Of a stretch of DNA of 64,000 bases, positions 53,212 to 64,000 are shown piece by piece (position 1 is the stretch's first letter; every line of letters begins with the position of its first letter). Under the pieces are notes generated by a model. It made no database searches and was not told the origin of the DNA. It was given only the letters and a program-made list of their open reading frames with translations. Source of the DNA: Lama glama (lineage: Eukaryota); assembly GCA_028534125.1 (NCBI GenBank), contig CM052817.1, positions 67,272,001 through 67,336,000 of the forward strand. Reading direction: 5' to 3'. The position numbers were made by a program, and so were the translations under genes.

Positions 53212-53963
53212 TTTATGTTACAGTGATAGAAGAATGCAAAATATTATTTTGTGAATTAACTGTATGTTAGTCACTAACTACAATGTCATAAAGTGTCCCA
53301 GTTTTTTAAATTATGTTTTTTTTGAGTTACATGGTTTTAACAAATAAAATAGGGCAGAACACACTATATTTGTATCGTCTAAGTCCTAATTTCAAGAGTT
53401 ATTTCACTTTACAAATAAAGCAACTACTTGTGTTTTAACACATGGTGGGTGCTTAATCTTGAAATGTTCTGACCAAATAGGTAAGACTTGTTTTGATTAA
53501 AATCATGGTAAAAGTCAGGAATGAAACACATGGAAATAAAATCTTAATGATTAATCACTTTTAGGTAAATGAAAGTCTTTGCAAGTATAACCGATGTATC
53601 TAGCTAAAAAATGAACAGGTTTTAAATACGAATTAATAAGTTTGAGCCAAGAAAAACATTGAAACACACTCTACATTCCCATACCACACTTCCCAACTAC
53701 TTCTTCCAACAAATGAAAATTACAGGTAAGCCAAGTGCATTCCTGCTTAAAGTAATATTTATCATGTGGAATTTCTTTGCCATAATTTTTAAACTATGAT
53801 TTTTTTGAGTCAAAACATTGGAATTTTTTCTGTTCATTTCTCTTTTCTCTTGACTTATTGTAGAAAAATGTTCAAAAAATAGCTTTTCATCAGAAGACAG
53901 CAAAGAAATGGGTTGCTTATGGCGTGCTTACTGGAAGTCATGGAGGCTGCAGGGTGCTCAGAA

Positions 53964-53983
53964 GAGCGTGCCTCCTGGTGTTT
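53964..53983 (-). promoter_or_regulatory. Possible CTCF motif
   Basis: Minus strand acaccaggaggcacg versus CCASYAGRKGGCRS. Confidence 0.35.
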
Positions 53984-54409
53984 CCCTAGTCCAGGCAACA
54001 ACACAAACTGGTAAAACATGACGAGACCTGCGGTCAGATACTTGGGCTATTTTAATCTAGAACTGACTGTCTCAATTCTGTCTCTCGAAGGCCTATAAAA
54101 CTGAATTCAAAGCCTTTCTTCTGTCATAACATCCCTGAATAAAGTGACATGGTGCACTCACCCCCACTAACAGTGATTCACTAAAGCAGTGGCAGTACTT
54201 CTGAAATTGGGGTGTGGGAGAGAAGCCAAGTGGACATGATTTTCAAAGACCCTCAAGTGATTCTACTGAGCTTCCTAAGGGAGCGGACCCTTCTTCCCAC
54301 TGCCTCCCTACTGACAATCTCCGGGTGGAAGACAAGGATCTCAATGCTAAATGGGAACTTCCATTTTAAAAGTTGTAAAAAAAGAAAAAGATATTTAATC
54401 TTCATAAGC

Positions 54410-54645
54410 TAAAATTTATTGAGTATTTTTTAGACACTTTTGAAGATTTTAAATATATTGCTTCATTTGAAGTTCATAACAACATTAAGAGGTGTGATTT
54501 CCAACCTTACAGCTGGAGTGTCTAAGCACAGAGAGGAAAAAACACTTAACTAAGATTGCAGAGCAAGTTAATAAGTGATGGACCCAAGATTTCCACCTAG
54601 GCTAGGCTGTCCGGCTCCAGAGTCCACACTCCAAATCATAATCCT
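54410..54645 (-). mobile_element. MIR SINE
   Basis: atttattgagta..ttcataacaac..ctaagcacagagagg..ggctccagagtcc. Confidence 0.7.
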
Positions 54646-55269
54646 ATGTTGCACAGAAAATGTATCTTTTGCTAAAATACAAACAAATCTGAAAAATTTT
54701 TTACATTAAGTACGTAATTTTGTTGCTTTGCACCACCATGTTCCTGCTTACACTGCCAAGTCTGTCTCGCTGCTTTTTCTTTCTTTGCCTGACTGGACTT
54801 GTTCATCCTCTGTGACTCAGCCTGGTCATAGCTGCCTTCAAGATTTGTTGGGAAAAACTAAAGTTATCTGCTCTGTGCTGCCAAGTAAACCCATGCATAA
54901 TTCCATCAATTCTTTTTTTATTATTATTATTAATTCCATCTTCAGTAAAGTTCTCACGGCTACCACATGCCAGGTTCTGTGCTAGGTATATGTGCCACTT
55001 AAATGGCTTATTTTAAGAATTTCTATCCTTGATGCTAAGCCTTATTCAATTTTGCATCTCCCGAGTCTGATAAAATGGCTGGCACATCGTGTGCTTAATA
55101 TTTTTTAACTGAAATAAAGATGAATAAGTTATATCTAGTTACATAAATATTAATGATTCACAGCAACACCCAAGCCTGTTCAGAAAAACCTAGAAAAGGT
55201 ACACAGAGATTCAGGTGGAGCTGGAAACCTGTAAATGCTATATAGTAATATAGCCAGCTTCTTTTAATT

Positions 55270-55610
55270 TGCATAATTATGTTCAACAATTTTAAGTACT
55301 TCTATATGTCAGGCCCTATGTTGGGTCCCGAAGAGAATAGAGATATAAAAAATGAATAAGGTTTATTCCCAGCTCACAAGGCGCATGGAGTCTAGAGAGA
55401 AAAATAGAATATGTACCAGGCCATTGAAAATGTATATGATAATGATGGCATTAATACAGTTGGAAGAAGATGCTCTTTACACTGGAGTGATTGAACAGTG
55501 CTTCCAAGAAGAGGGGGCATCCAAACTGCAACTCAAAGACGTACCATTTTAATTGGTAGCAAAAAGGAATTTCAGGAACAAAGAAGAGCCTGAACAGAAA
55601 CATTGCAGAG
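55270..55610 (-). mobile_element. L2 fragment
   Basis: ttcaacaatt..ctatatgtcaggccctatg..gcttccaagaagagggggcat. Confidence 0.6.
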
Positions 55611-56139
55611 GAATAATATTTTGAGATATTAACTAAGATTTGCCTCTTGTAATGTATTTCCTTTTACTCTTTGCCCTGTATTCTTCCCCTCATCTTAGGG
55701 GAAAGATAGGATATCACAATACAGAAAGGAAAACCTTTTGATTTTCAAAAACTAAAGCTCTTAAATCTCCAAAGGCAAGGCTTTTGCAGTGAAAGAAACC
55801 AAGTCCTGAACCATTCAAGGGATAAAGTTTATGCCGTAAACAAGGAATAAAGAACCAGACCTCCCCACTCAGACTACATAAAGATTCCACAGACTGAGAA
55901 AAATGGAAGATAACCCAGGAGGAAGCCAGAGCTTAGACGTTGTCAGATTCCTGAAAAGGACCCTGTACTCTACCCTACCTTAACTTTGGAAGGTATAATT
56001 AAACCCTTAGAATTGAGATACCCAAAACAGGATGGGACGGATTCGAACCCCAAAATAAGAATGATAGGAACCAGCCTTGAGCAAGCACTTAGTAGGGCCA
56101 GGCATGAAGGATTCTTACCAAATTTCGAGTCACAACCAG

Positions 56140-56640
56140 ATTCTGAGGGATTGACCACTACAGTATCCCCACTGTATAGACAGAACAGCCAGGTCACAGA
56201 GAGGTTAAATAACTTACCCAGAGGCATTCCATTAGAAATGGTAGAGTTGGTATTTGAATCCCAGTAGATGGATTCCAAGTAGTGCCCATAAACATTTCAT
56301 GTTGTCTAAGGAAGGTACATTGTGCTACCGAAGATTTAGTTTCTAACACCACCTAGACTTAGGGATCAACAAGAAAAGAAGTTCAGCTGTAGAAAAAGAA
56401 AGTTACGTTCTTTTGCATGACTGAACTGTGGATGTCATCACCATGGTAATGATAGCTTTTACCTGAATGATCCAGTTTAATTCTCCCAGTGGCTCTATGA
56501 GTGCAACTATTATTCTCAATTTAAATATGAAAAAGTGGGAAATCATATATATTAACTTGGCCAAGGTGCCATAGTTAGGAGGTGGCCCAGTAGTACTTGA
56601 ACTCAGGCAACCTGACTCCCAAATCCATGTTCCCACCCTC
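56140..56640 (-). mobile_element. Two MIR fragments (~56140-56290 and ~56445-56640)
   Basis: aggtcacagagaggttaaataacttaccca..atttgaatccca; taacttggccaagg..ttgaactcaggcaacctgactcc. Confidence 0.75.
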
Positions 56641-56669
56641 TAGGCCAGCCTTACTTAACAAATGGCAAC

Positions 56670-58232
56670 TGTGGTGTCCATGCAAATGCACTGCTTACAT
56701 GTACCATGGGGAACGTGATTGACTGATGCCCCAACATGACTACTGTTCCTTTAGGTCCACCTGTGCATTCGTTCTAATGCTACACTTTTTACCAGTTGCT
56801 CCATCCACTGACTGAACATGCCAAGGCTACTTATGGGACTCCTCCAATGGGGATTTTGGCTCAAGGACTCCTGCTGGCCTAACCAGATCTCCACGGGAAC
56901 TAAGCAGCAGTTCGAGCCTCTACCTAATTCCCCTTCCTTGCCTCTCTCCTGCCACAGCTGTCAAACCTCTATCATGCTCTGAAGCTCGCCCTCAGCTTCT
57001 GCTGCTTCTTCCCCTGGTTAGTCTTTTGCACGTTGAACCCGCTTTGGGCATCTGCTTCTCTGTGAACCCACAACTCATGCAAGTGGTCCTAAGAGTGATC
57101 TGAGAAAACAAGCGTGCAGATGGGGATTTGGTTATGTCTCACTGACCACCAATTCCAGGTGGGAGGGGGGTGACAGTAAGTCCCCAGCACAAGGCCCAAT
57201 TGCTAAAGACTTCACTGTGGGTGATGATTTGCCTATCAGGTATAATCATTCAGACATTTTAAATAGGGTGGAGTTGGCTGGTTACTGCTAAACTGTATTG
57301 ATGTTGACACCCTACAGGAGTGAGACACCGAGGGCCACTGTAAGTAGTTAATATATATCAGAGCAAGAGGGACTCTGTGTAGCCCTCCAAAAAGCCCTCG
57401 TCCCCTAGAGCGGGCGAGCAGCACCGCTGAGCAGCCCAGCCAACGACCTGAGAAATCAGAGGCCTCAGAACGCTCAGAGGAGGGAGACCTGTCACTCTAC
57501 ACTTAAGGCCCTGTCTGGGAAAACCTGGGATCTTGAAATATCGGATGGGGACATGTAGACAGATGCCCCTGAGGCACTTGGCTCTGCACTGAGCCTGCAG
57601 AACTGGCAGAGGTGGCCTACAGCTTCATGCCAAGTTAGAAGATGCTGCAGAGGCCACTACTCCGATTGGTACAGGTGTCCCCTAAAGGGCCTATTGCATC
57701 TCCTCTCCTGGCTTCCAGGATCATCAGTAAAGTTAAATCTCAGGATTACCCAGCTGGGTGTTGCTGGGCTTGACAAGGAAGAATGAAGACTATATTTGAA
57801 TGTTCTTGTAAGAATTAGCTAGTTCGTATTCAATAAGAGCCTGGAAAGTAACCCTGATAAGCATTTAGAAATTAGTTAATCCAGAGGGCCAGGAGGTAAG
57901 AATGGATAAGGAAGAATTCACTGACTTGGAGGGAAAGGGCACTTTCTCCAGACTTCCCTTTCTCCAGATTTCACATCCTGACAAAGGCCCTCAGGGAGTG
58001 GGCAAATTCGCTGCTCACATGCATCAGCCTAAGCAGATCTTTCTTGAGACTGTGCTACAGGCCAATAATCATCCTACCCAAACTTCAATCCTGCACTCTC
58101 TTTACACAGGAGTCACGCAACCTTTGCATTCTAAAGGGTCTCCCCGTCTTCTCCTGATCCTTCCTATAATCAATTTCTTGCACCTCAAATCCTGCCTTAT
58201 TGTCTGCTTCTAGGTGAACCTATACTAATGCA
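56670..58232 (+). mobile_element. ERVL proviral remnant: LTR16-like LTR (56670-57080), internal fragment, and a second partial LTR (~58040-58232)
   Basis: LTR runs tgtgg..gcatctgcttctctgtgaaccc..atgca, followed by agtggt (PBS position). ERVL-type internal text (cagcaggagc-like caataagagcctgg; aatggataaggaagaattcactgacttgg). Second LTR end gtctgcttctaggtgaacctatactaatgca. Confidence 0.75.
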
Positions 58233-61200
58233 GAAAGTAAACAAAGAAAGCCAGCCAGAGGTTCTATAGGAGAAAAACTAGGGAATGAGGCTGAAAATTA
58301 AGGTCTGGAGCTGATTATGCACCTAAAAGCCAGGCGGAGAAATCATGTCTTTACCCCTCAGTGAGGTATTTTGGTGAGAAAACTGGTGATTTACAGCAAG
58401 TATTCAACATAAACAAAGGTTGTCGTGAGTATAATAACTGGAGAGTCAGGATGAGGGAAAAAAGGGATTAGGAATCAAACATCTGAAAATTATTTAAATT
58501 TTTAAAAAACTTGAGGTGATGCACATACCATTTGTGTGGATATGGGATAGAGTTATAGTAAAATGATTGACTAACTAATGGCAAATAATAGGAGGTCAGT
58601 AAGTCCAATTTGCATTTTGCCTTGGAGCAGTTCCAGAAACCCCAAGGCCCAGTGGGAGGCTCTTTCATTCACCCTTAGCAATGCTGGGGTGAAGTAAGAG
58701 ATGAGACAAGCATCCATTTAAGAAAGCGTTACCTGATTATATATGAAAAGTGAATACATTAACAAACGAATTATTTCATTTCCAAATGAATCGTCACCCT
58801 TGTTGATGTCTGATGAAAAATCATTAAGTAATAATTATGAAGGAATTGCTTGTCACTGGATGAAAGAGTGATTCCAGTGAAGGCAGGGTAGGAGGAAAAC
58901 CTCAAAAGAGTAGGCTTCTTTCAAAGTTGCTACTTTTTTTAAGTTTTTATTTTTTCCAGTACTTTCAATTTTTTGAAATGTGTTCTTGCATATAAAACAG
59001 AAAATAATACACAGGGATATCGATTGTTCCTTTAAAAACACAAAGTTAACTAAAATTAATGTCAGTCTGATACCGACATCATATGTAAAATGAGGCTTAT
59101 TAAACTGTATGTTTGGCGTCCACTTTAACTGTAGACTTGTTTTAGTGGAAGCCTTTGACAAATACAATATTTTATGTAATTACATAAGTTTGTGAGCTAT
59201 TTGTGACATTGACGCTAAGTAGCTACCTTTTCAGGAGTGAACAGAGCACTGGGTCCCCTTAGTTGACTTCCTTATTCTAAAGGAGAGACCTGCAAATAAG
59301 TAATTGGATAATCACAGGCAAAATATCGTAGAAAAATAAAAGTAGCGGGAACTATATTTGAATTACTCAGTATCAAACTACATAAGAATTCTTTATGTCA
59401 ACTATCAGTTAGGCTTTTACACATGTGAATTCATCAATGTTACCAATGTCGTAAACACAAATGTCTTGCTTCTAGGATGAGTACCATCTCTTTTTAAAAA
59501 ATCAGTGTTAATATGCATGGGTGTATATTCTCCTAATGTCTCAGGAATGATAAATAATTTAAAAATTCATAAATATGGATATAGATTCATTATTAAGTCT
59601 AACCATTTATTTTAAGTAAGATATTCCCATAAGATTAAAAACATTGATTGTCATAAATTAAAGTTCCTATAAGCATATTTAAACGTCACACTTCGTAGAT
59701 TTCACAGCAGTGTCCCTGGATCAGAATTTTCATGTTGATATCTGTAATAGAGATCTATTTTAATCCGAAAAAATTGTCTCTTACTATTCAAAAATAAAGA
59801 GAATCCTAATTCAGGATTTTTAAACATTTTTTCTGTCTCAGCATTGCCTATTTTAGGTGTTTTATTTTTATACATAGATAATTTAATCTGGTTTGGTTTG
59901 GCATGGATCCTATACTCATCCCTGAATTGCTGGGCCGTACATTTATTAATCAAAATGGGCGTGTGTGCCTTCCCTGCTCAACACTAGGGGTGTGAAGCCA
60001 GTCCACCTGCACCACAGGGACCGACAGGCGAGGAGGGTCTCTCTCATGTTGGCAACAAATAGAGCGTGGGTTTTAACCCTCAGGATACTGCTGTGTTTCT
60101 CTAACAGCATCACAGTCCCCGCTTGCTGGGTACTTACTTCTTCCTTCTCCAGCTAAGTGAGTTCAGTTCGGGCAATGATGGGCGTTTCCACTTCCCTGCG
60201 CAGCAGACAGTTACCGCATTGCCCACACGACATCTACGCCCCCTTACTGTGCTTTCTGACTCCACTTTTCCTCCTACAAGGATCCTCCTCTCCTCTCCAT
60301 AGCATTGAGAGAGGTGTACTTTCTAGCTCTGTATTCCCAAGTGGAAACTGGAAGTCCTGTATACGGGGCTCAGGCTTTCCATTTCTATAAGGAACAAGCA
60401 TATTAAGCTGTCACTACCGCCCATGGTTCAGCTTCTTCAATTGTGCCCACTTTGTCTTCGTAGCAATGTTGTTATAATCATTTAAGTATTTTATTACAGA
60501 TAGTTTTATTGTTTGATAAAATAAAAGCATCAAATGGGAAATACGACTTTGCTTTTCCTAAGAATAACAAATAAGAATTTTCTCATGAGCAGAAAGTAAC
60601 TGAGTCCAAGATGAAAAACGTTAAGTGTGCTGAAACTAGTAAACCTTTGGCTTCAGTCATACTCATTGGGCCGAATCCAGTGAAATGTAGGTTCAGCGAT
60701 GAGGCAGCGAACACAACTGAAGAATCTGTGTGAAATGCACGTTCAAGTTGGTGGTCAAAGTCTTGTTTGTATTTCAAGATTTTGTGATTGTGTCTTAGTT
60801 CTCTGAAACAAATTCCTCTCATGTAAAATCCTATGGCTAATCTACTACACAATCAACCTTTGTACACATTTCTATAGAGTAATGGGGTAACTATAAGGAA
60901 TGGAATTTTGCTGGTAAGTCTATCAAACTCACTGTAAATTATCTTCTTTATCCCAGAAGCACTGATGTGCTCCTGGAGATCCAATCAGAGACATAATGGT
61001 ATTGTGTGCACCTGTGTGGTGTGTGTGTGTTTACGCATATACAGGACTAATTAATAGAAATGGATCCTTCAAGTTAACCAAATAGAGTTATCATACAATT
61101 ATACAGAAATTAATTATCCTATTAGAATTCCAGTGAATATGTTTCTCTGCCTCCTCCCTCCTGCTGCTTCCTTGCCCATTAACCCTTTAATAAAACATAA

Positions 61201-61234
61201 CGTGGTAGACATTTATCACTATTTCCCTGTCCTC

Positions 61235-61400
61235 CATTCTTCCCTTCTCCCTCCCTCCCTTCCTTCCGTCCTTTATTCCTCCATCTCTTTCTTACGCTCT
61301 CTCTTTCTTTCCTATCACCCTCTTCAGTCCTTCTTTTCCTTCCTTTCATCTTTCTTCCTGCCCAGTATCAATTTCTCTTTTGCTTCTGTCATACCCCAGG
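61235..61400. repeat. Pyrimidine-rich low-complexity tract (degenerate CCTT/CTTT)
   Basis: Direct reading. Confidence 0.8.
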
Positions 61401-61437
61401 TCTCCCCGCAGCCTACTCTTCTTTCATTCTCAGTAAA

Positions 61438-61905
61438 TGTGGTAGGGAGAGGCTTATGTTCCCCCAGATCTTAAGGATAGGCTAAGATTAAAGAAAATTT
61501 TGCATATTGTATTTGCATGAGATAAATGAAAACTTCCCTCTTTACAGTGACGAGCTAAGTGTTGGGCACATCATCACGTTTAGGCCAACTGGATCCACCA
61601 AGAACTAATTCTGGGAGTTTTGCTGAACTTGTCAGGAAAGAACATTTTTCCCTATACAAGAACTCCTAGCAATGGAAAATAAATGTTTAAAGGTGCTTGT
61701 GGCCACAACATGAACAAATAAGGCCGCAGAATAAAGCCAACTGAGAGTACTACAGAGGCAGAGAGAAACATAAAATAGTGTTAGCCTTGCTTTAGTCTTT
61801 CCTCAGGACTCAGTTATCTGAAATAATAAATTCGTTTTATTGTTTAAGCCATTGTGAAGAGTTACACCTTTTACCTTCTTTAAGGTGTGAATGACTAACT
61901 GAAAG
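61438..61905 (+). mobile_element. Old MLT1-family MaLR LTR
   Basis: tgtggtagg start; aataaattcgttttattgtttaagcca near the 3' end. Confidence 0.6.
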
Positions 61906-62479
61906 TAAAAAATTTTGAACAGACCGATTTTCATCAAAACCAATTCTTCATTTACTCTTCCAGAAAACAAGAAGGCTAATTCTGCTGAATTTAATCATCT
62001 GATTTGTGGTTCCAGCTTAGCAACTCAAGAAAAGCCTGAGGAAGTTGGGAATACAGTTATGAAGATATGAGTACATTAGATTTTTTTTTCAATGTTATTT
62101 ATTTTTTCATCCTTTCCCTCTACAACTTTGCAGTAAACTGTAATTTGACTGTGAACATTAAGTAAGGAGTGACACACTTGACTTCCTTTTAAATGCTTTA
62201 GGGCTTCTAGTGAAATGCCATTTTCAAACTATAACCCATCATTTAAAAACCTGTTTACTCACTAGTCTCTGTATAAAGCAGTAAGTAGCCTATTAAATTA
62301 AGCTCACCTAGAAGTCATTTTTTACTTACTTCTCTTTTTAAAAGTAAGTAGATGAGACAGTCACTTGCAATACAAGTATCAAAATGATCAAAAAGGGCTA
62401 TTCAGAGTTACTCCAATGGCAGTGAATAGCCTCACCGTGTTAAAGTTCACAAAGTAAGACATGTTAACTTTGTGTCGTG

Positions 62480-63110
62480 AACAAAATGCTAATTTATTGT
62501 CCAATTACAATTGATATTTTAGAGTTTACTATTGGTGGCAGCTGTAGGAACAATTAAAGAATTCTAATTAAAGCTACTTGAAGCAAGCACAGTCTATGCC
62601 AGATTCCTCCATTTAATGCAGTTTCTATCTTTTAAAGACGGAAAAGGATCAACACTCATTTTTAATCTGAATCAGGAACAGGTTTATTTACCTATTACAT
62701 GCTACTTCCACTAATGGCAGAAGGAATGCATACATAGATTATGTAATGGGGGATATAAATGTACAACATTGGCAGCGTGTGTGATGATTACCGACAAGAA
62801 TTAATCAGCATTCCTCATGCCATACACAATGCAGTTAGAATAGAAACAGCAAATCTGTTCAAGTAATGCAAACAAGCTGCATGAAAGGCTAAACAAGTAA
62901 AAGTGTATCATCAGCCATGACTCAAATTACATCTTTAAACTGTGTGCCAGCTTCCTTTAAATTAGCCATCTAAGAACTCGGTCTCTGACAGACGTTATAA
63001 ACTGGAAAGTACTATATCTTCTCAGGGTTGCAATTTTGCTATGGTGGGGAATGCATTTAATAATCCAGAGTGTAAATTACCCCTTACTTGTTGCAACAGA
63101 GTGCAGTGGA
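62480..63110. promoter_or_regulatory. Candidate conserved enhancer block
   Basis: ctaatttattgtccaattac, ctaatta, ctaatggc, gaattaatcagc, tgactca at ~62918, aaattagcc, ctgacag at ~62985; unique sequence. Confidence 0.55.
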
Positions 63111-64000
63111 CTCTTATGTGGGGTTTCTTTTCAGTGATGAATCTATTGATGAACCCCAGTTCTACGGCCATCTGTGGGGACAATGTTGCCCAAGTTCCCA
63201 AAAAATGTGTATATGGTAGTTTTACTGCAAAATACTTTTCAACTCTTTTTTTTTTGATTCTCGTACATTGCATAAGATTCTCAATGTTGTCTACCAACTG
63301 TGAAATCAAGTATTTCATCTTTTGTTGTAGTCATTGCTTGCTTGTTTTCTTATTCTGGGTATATTGAGGGTCCTCTAGACTTTAATGAGCTGAAATAATT
63401 ACCATTCAGTTCTTTCAGATTTGGAACTGCTCGTTGGTTAGTCCTCAGAATTCTGGTGGTAAGGATTCAATGGGGAATGTGTGGTATGTGGAGGTTTCTG
63501 CCAAATGGTAGGTTTGAAGCTGAAACTGTGGTCTAAAGAAATTCTGGTACAAAATCCTTTCTCTTGCATACAAATATAAAGAAACGCTTCTCTCAGTTAA
63601 TAACCATGCTCTTCATAATGCATTTTGGTTATTAATGAAAATGGGCGTAACTAAGTCTGTAAAGAATCAAGGGTAAGGAACAAAAACAATAAATATTAAG
63701 AAATTGACCCTCTCGTATTTTTATAGCCTCGAGCCAACTTCTTCCTTGTGAAGTTGTCCTTGTGAAGGACAGTTTAGGCAAATCTGAAAACCTTATTATT
63801 CCTTTCTCATGCCTGGGAATCAACCAAACTTAATCTCAATTCTTAATTTGTAGTTTTGACATCTATCCACATTCTGATCAAACATTTTGGTTCCCGGAGA
63901 TGTTAAATAAGAGAGAATGATTTTATCTCCTTCAATGGAATTGCCAACAAAGAATATAAAAACAGACAGATAAATTATATTATACCAAATACAGAATTAT

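Noticed and set aside
61133..61474. Hydrophobic S/F/L/P-rich ORF
   Set aside because: Product of a pyrimidine-rich low-complexity tract.
62323..62351. Hairpin tacttactt..aagtaagta as a small-RNA precursor
   Set aside because: The stem is only about 9 bp and AT-rich, too short for a pre-miRNA.
63022..63367. Opposing 98-aa and 108-aa ORFs
   Set aside because: No recognisable homology or coherent gene structure.
1..64000. CRISPR arrays, operons or other prokaryotic systems; a named host gene
   Set aside because: The sequence is mammalian, there is no regular repeat-spacer array, and I recognised no exon that would let me name the locus.

Overview
AT-rich, non-coding mammalian genomic DNA. It is very likely camelid (alpaca, llama or camel), based on a tRNA-Ala(AGC)-derived SINE and young artiodactyl-type L1 3' ends. 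I found no protein-coding exon or RNA gene that I can support: every ORF in the track is short, lies in a repeat or low-complexity tract, or matches no protein I recognise. Bases 1-21 kb are dominated by old L1 copies with nested insertions (MER58A, a MER21-type LTR next to one L1, younger L1s). The rest carries scattered L2, MIR, MaLR/ERVL LTRs and a deleted ERVL provirus. These are separated by long repeat-poor stretches containing about ten blocks of complex sequence rich in TAAT and TGACAG motifs, which look like conserved developmental enhancers. The window is therefore probably a large intron or gene desert in a regulatory domain, but I cannot name the locus. Repeat family names come from my memory of consensus sequences and boundaries are approximate. 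Conservation is inferred, not measured. I see no convincing novel biological system. The best leads are the enhancer-like blocks, a near-intact tRNA-Ala-like SINE copy with its own Pol III terminator, and several insertion-history oddities.
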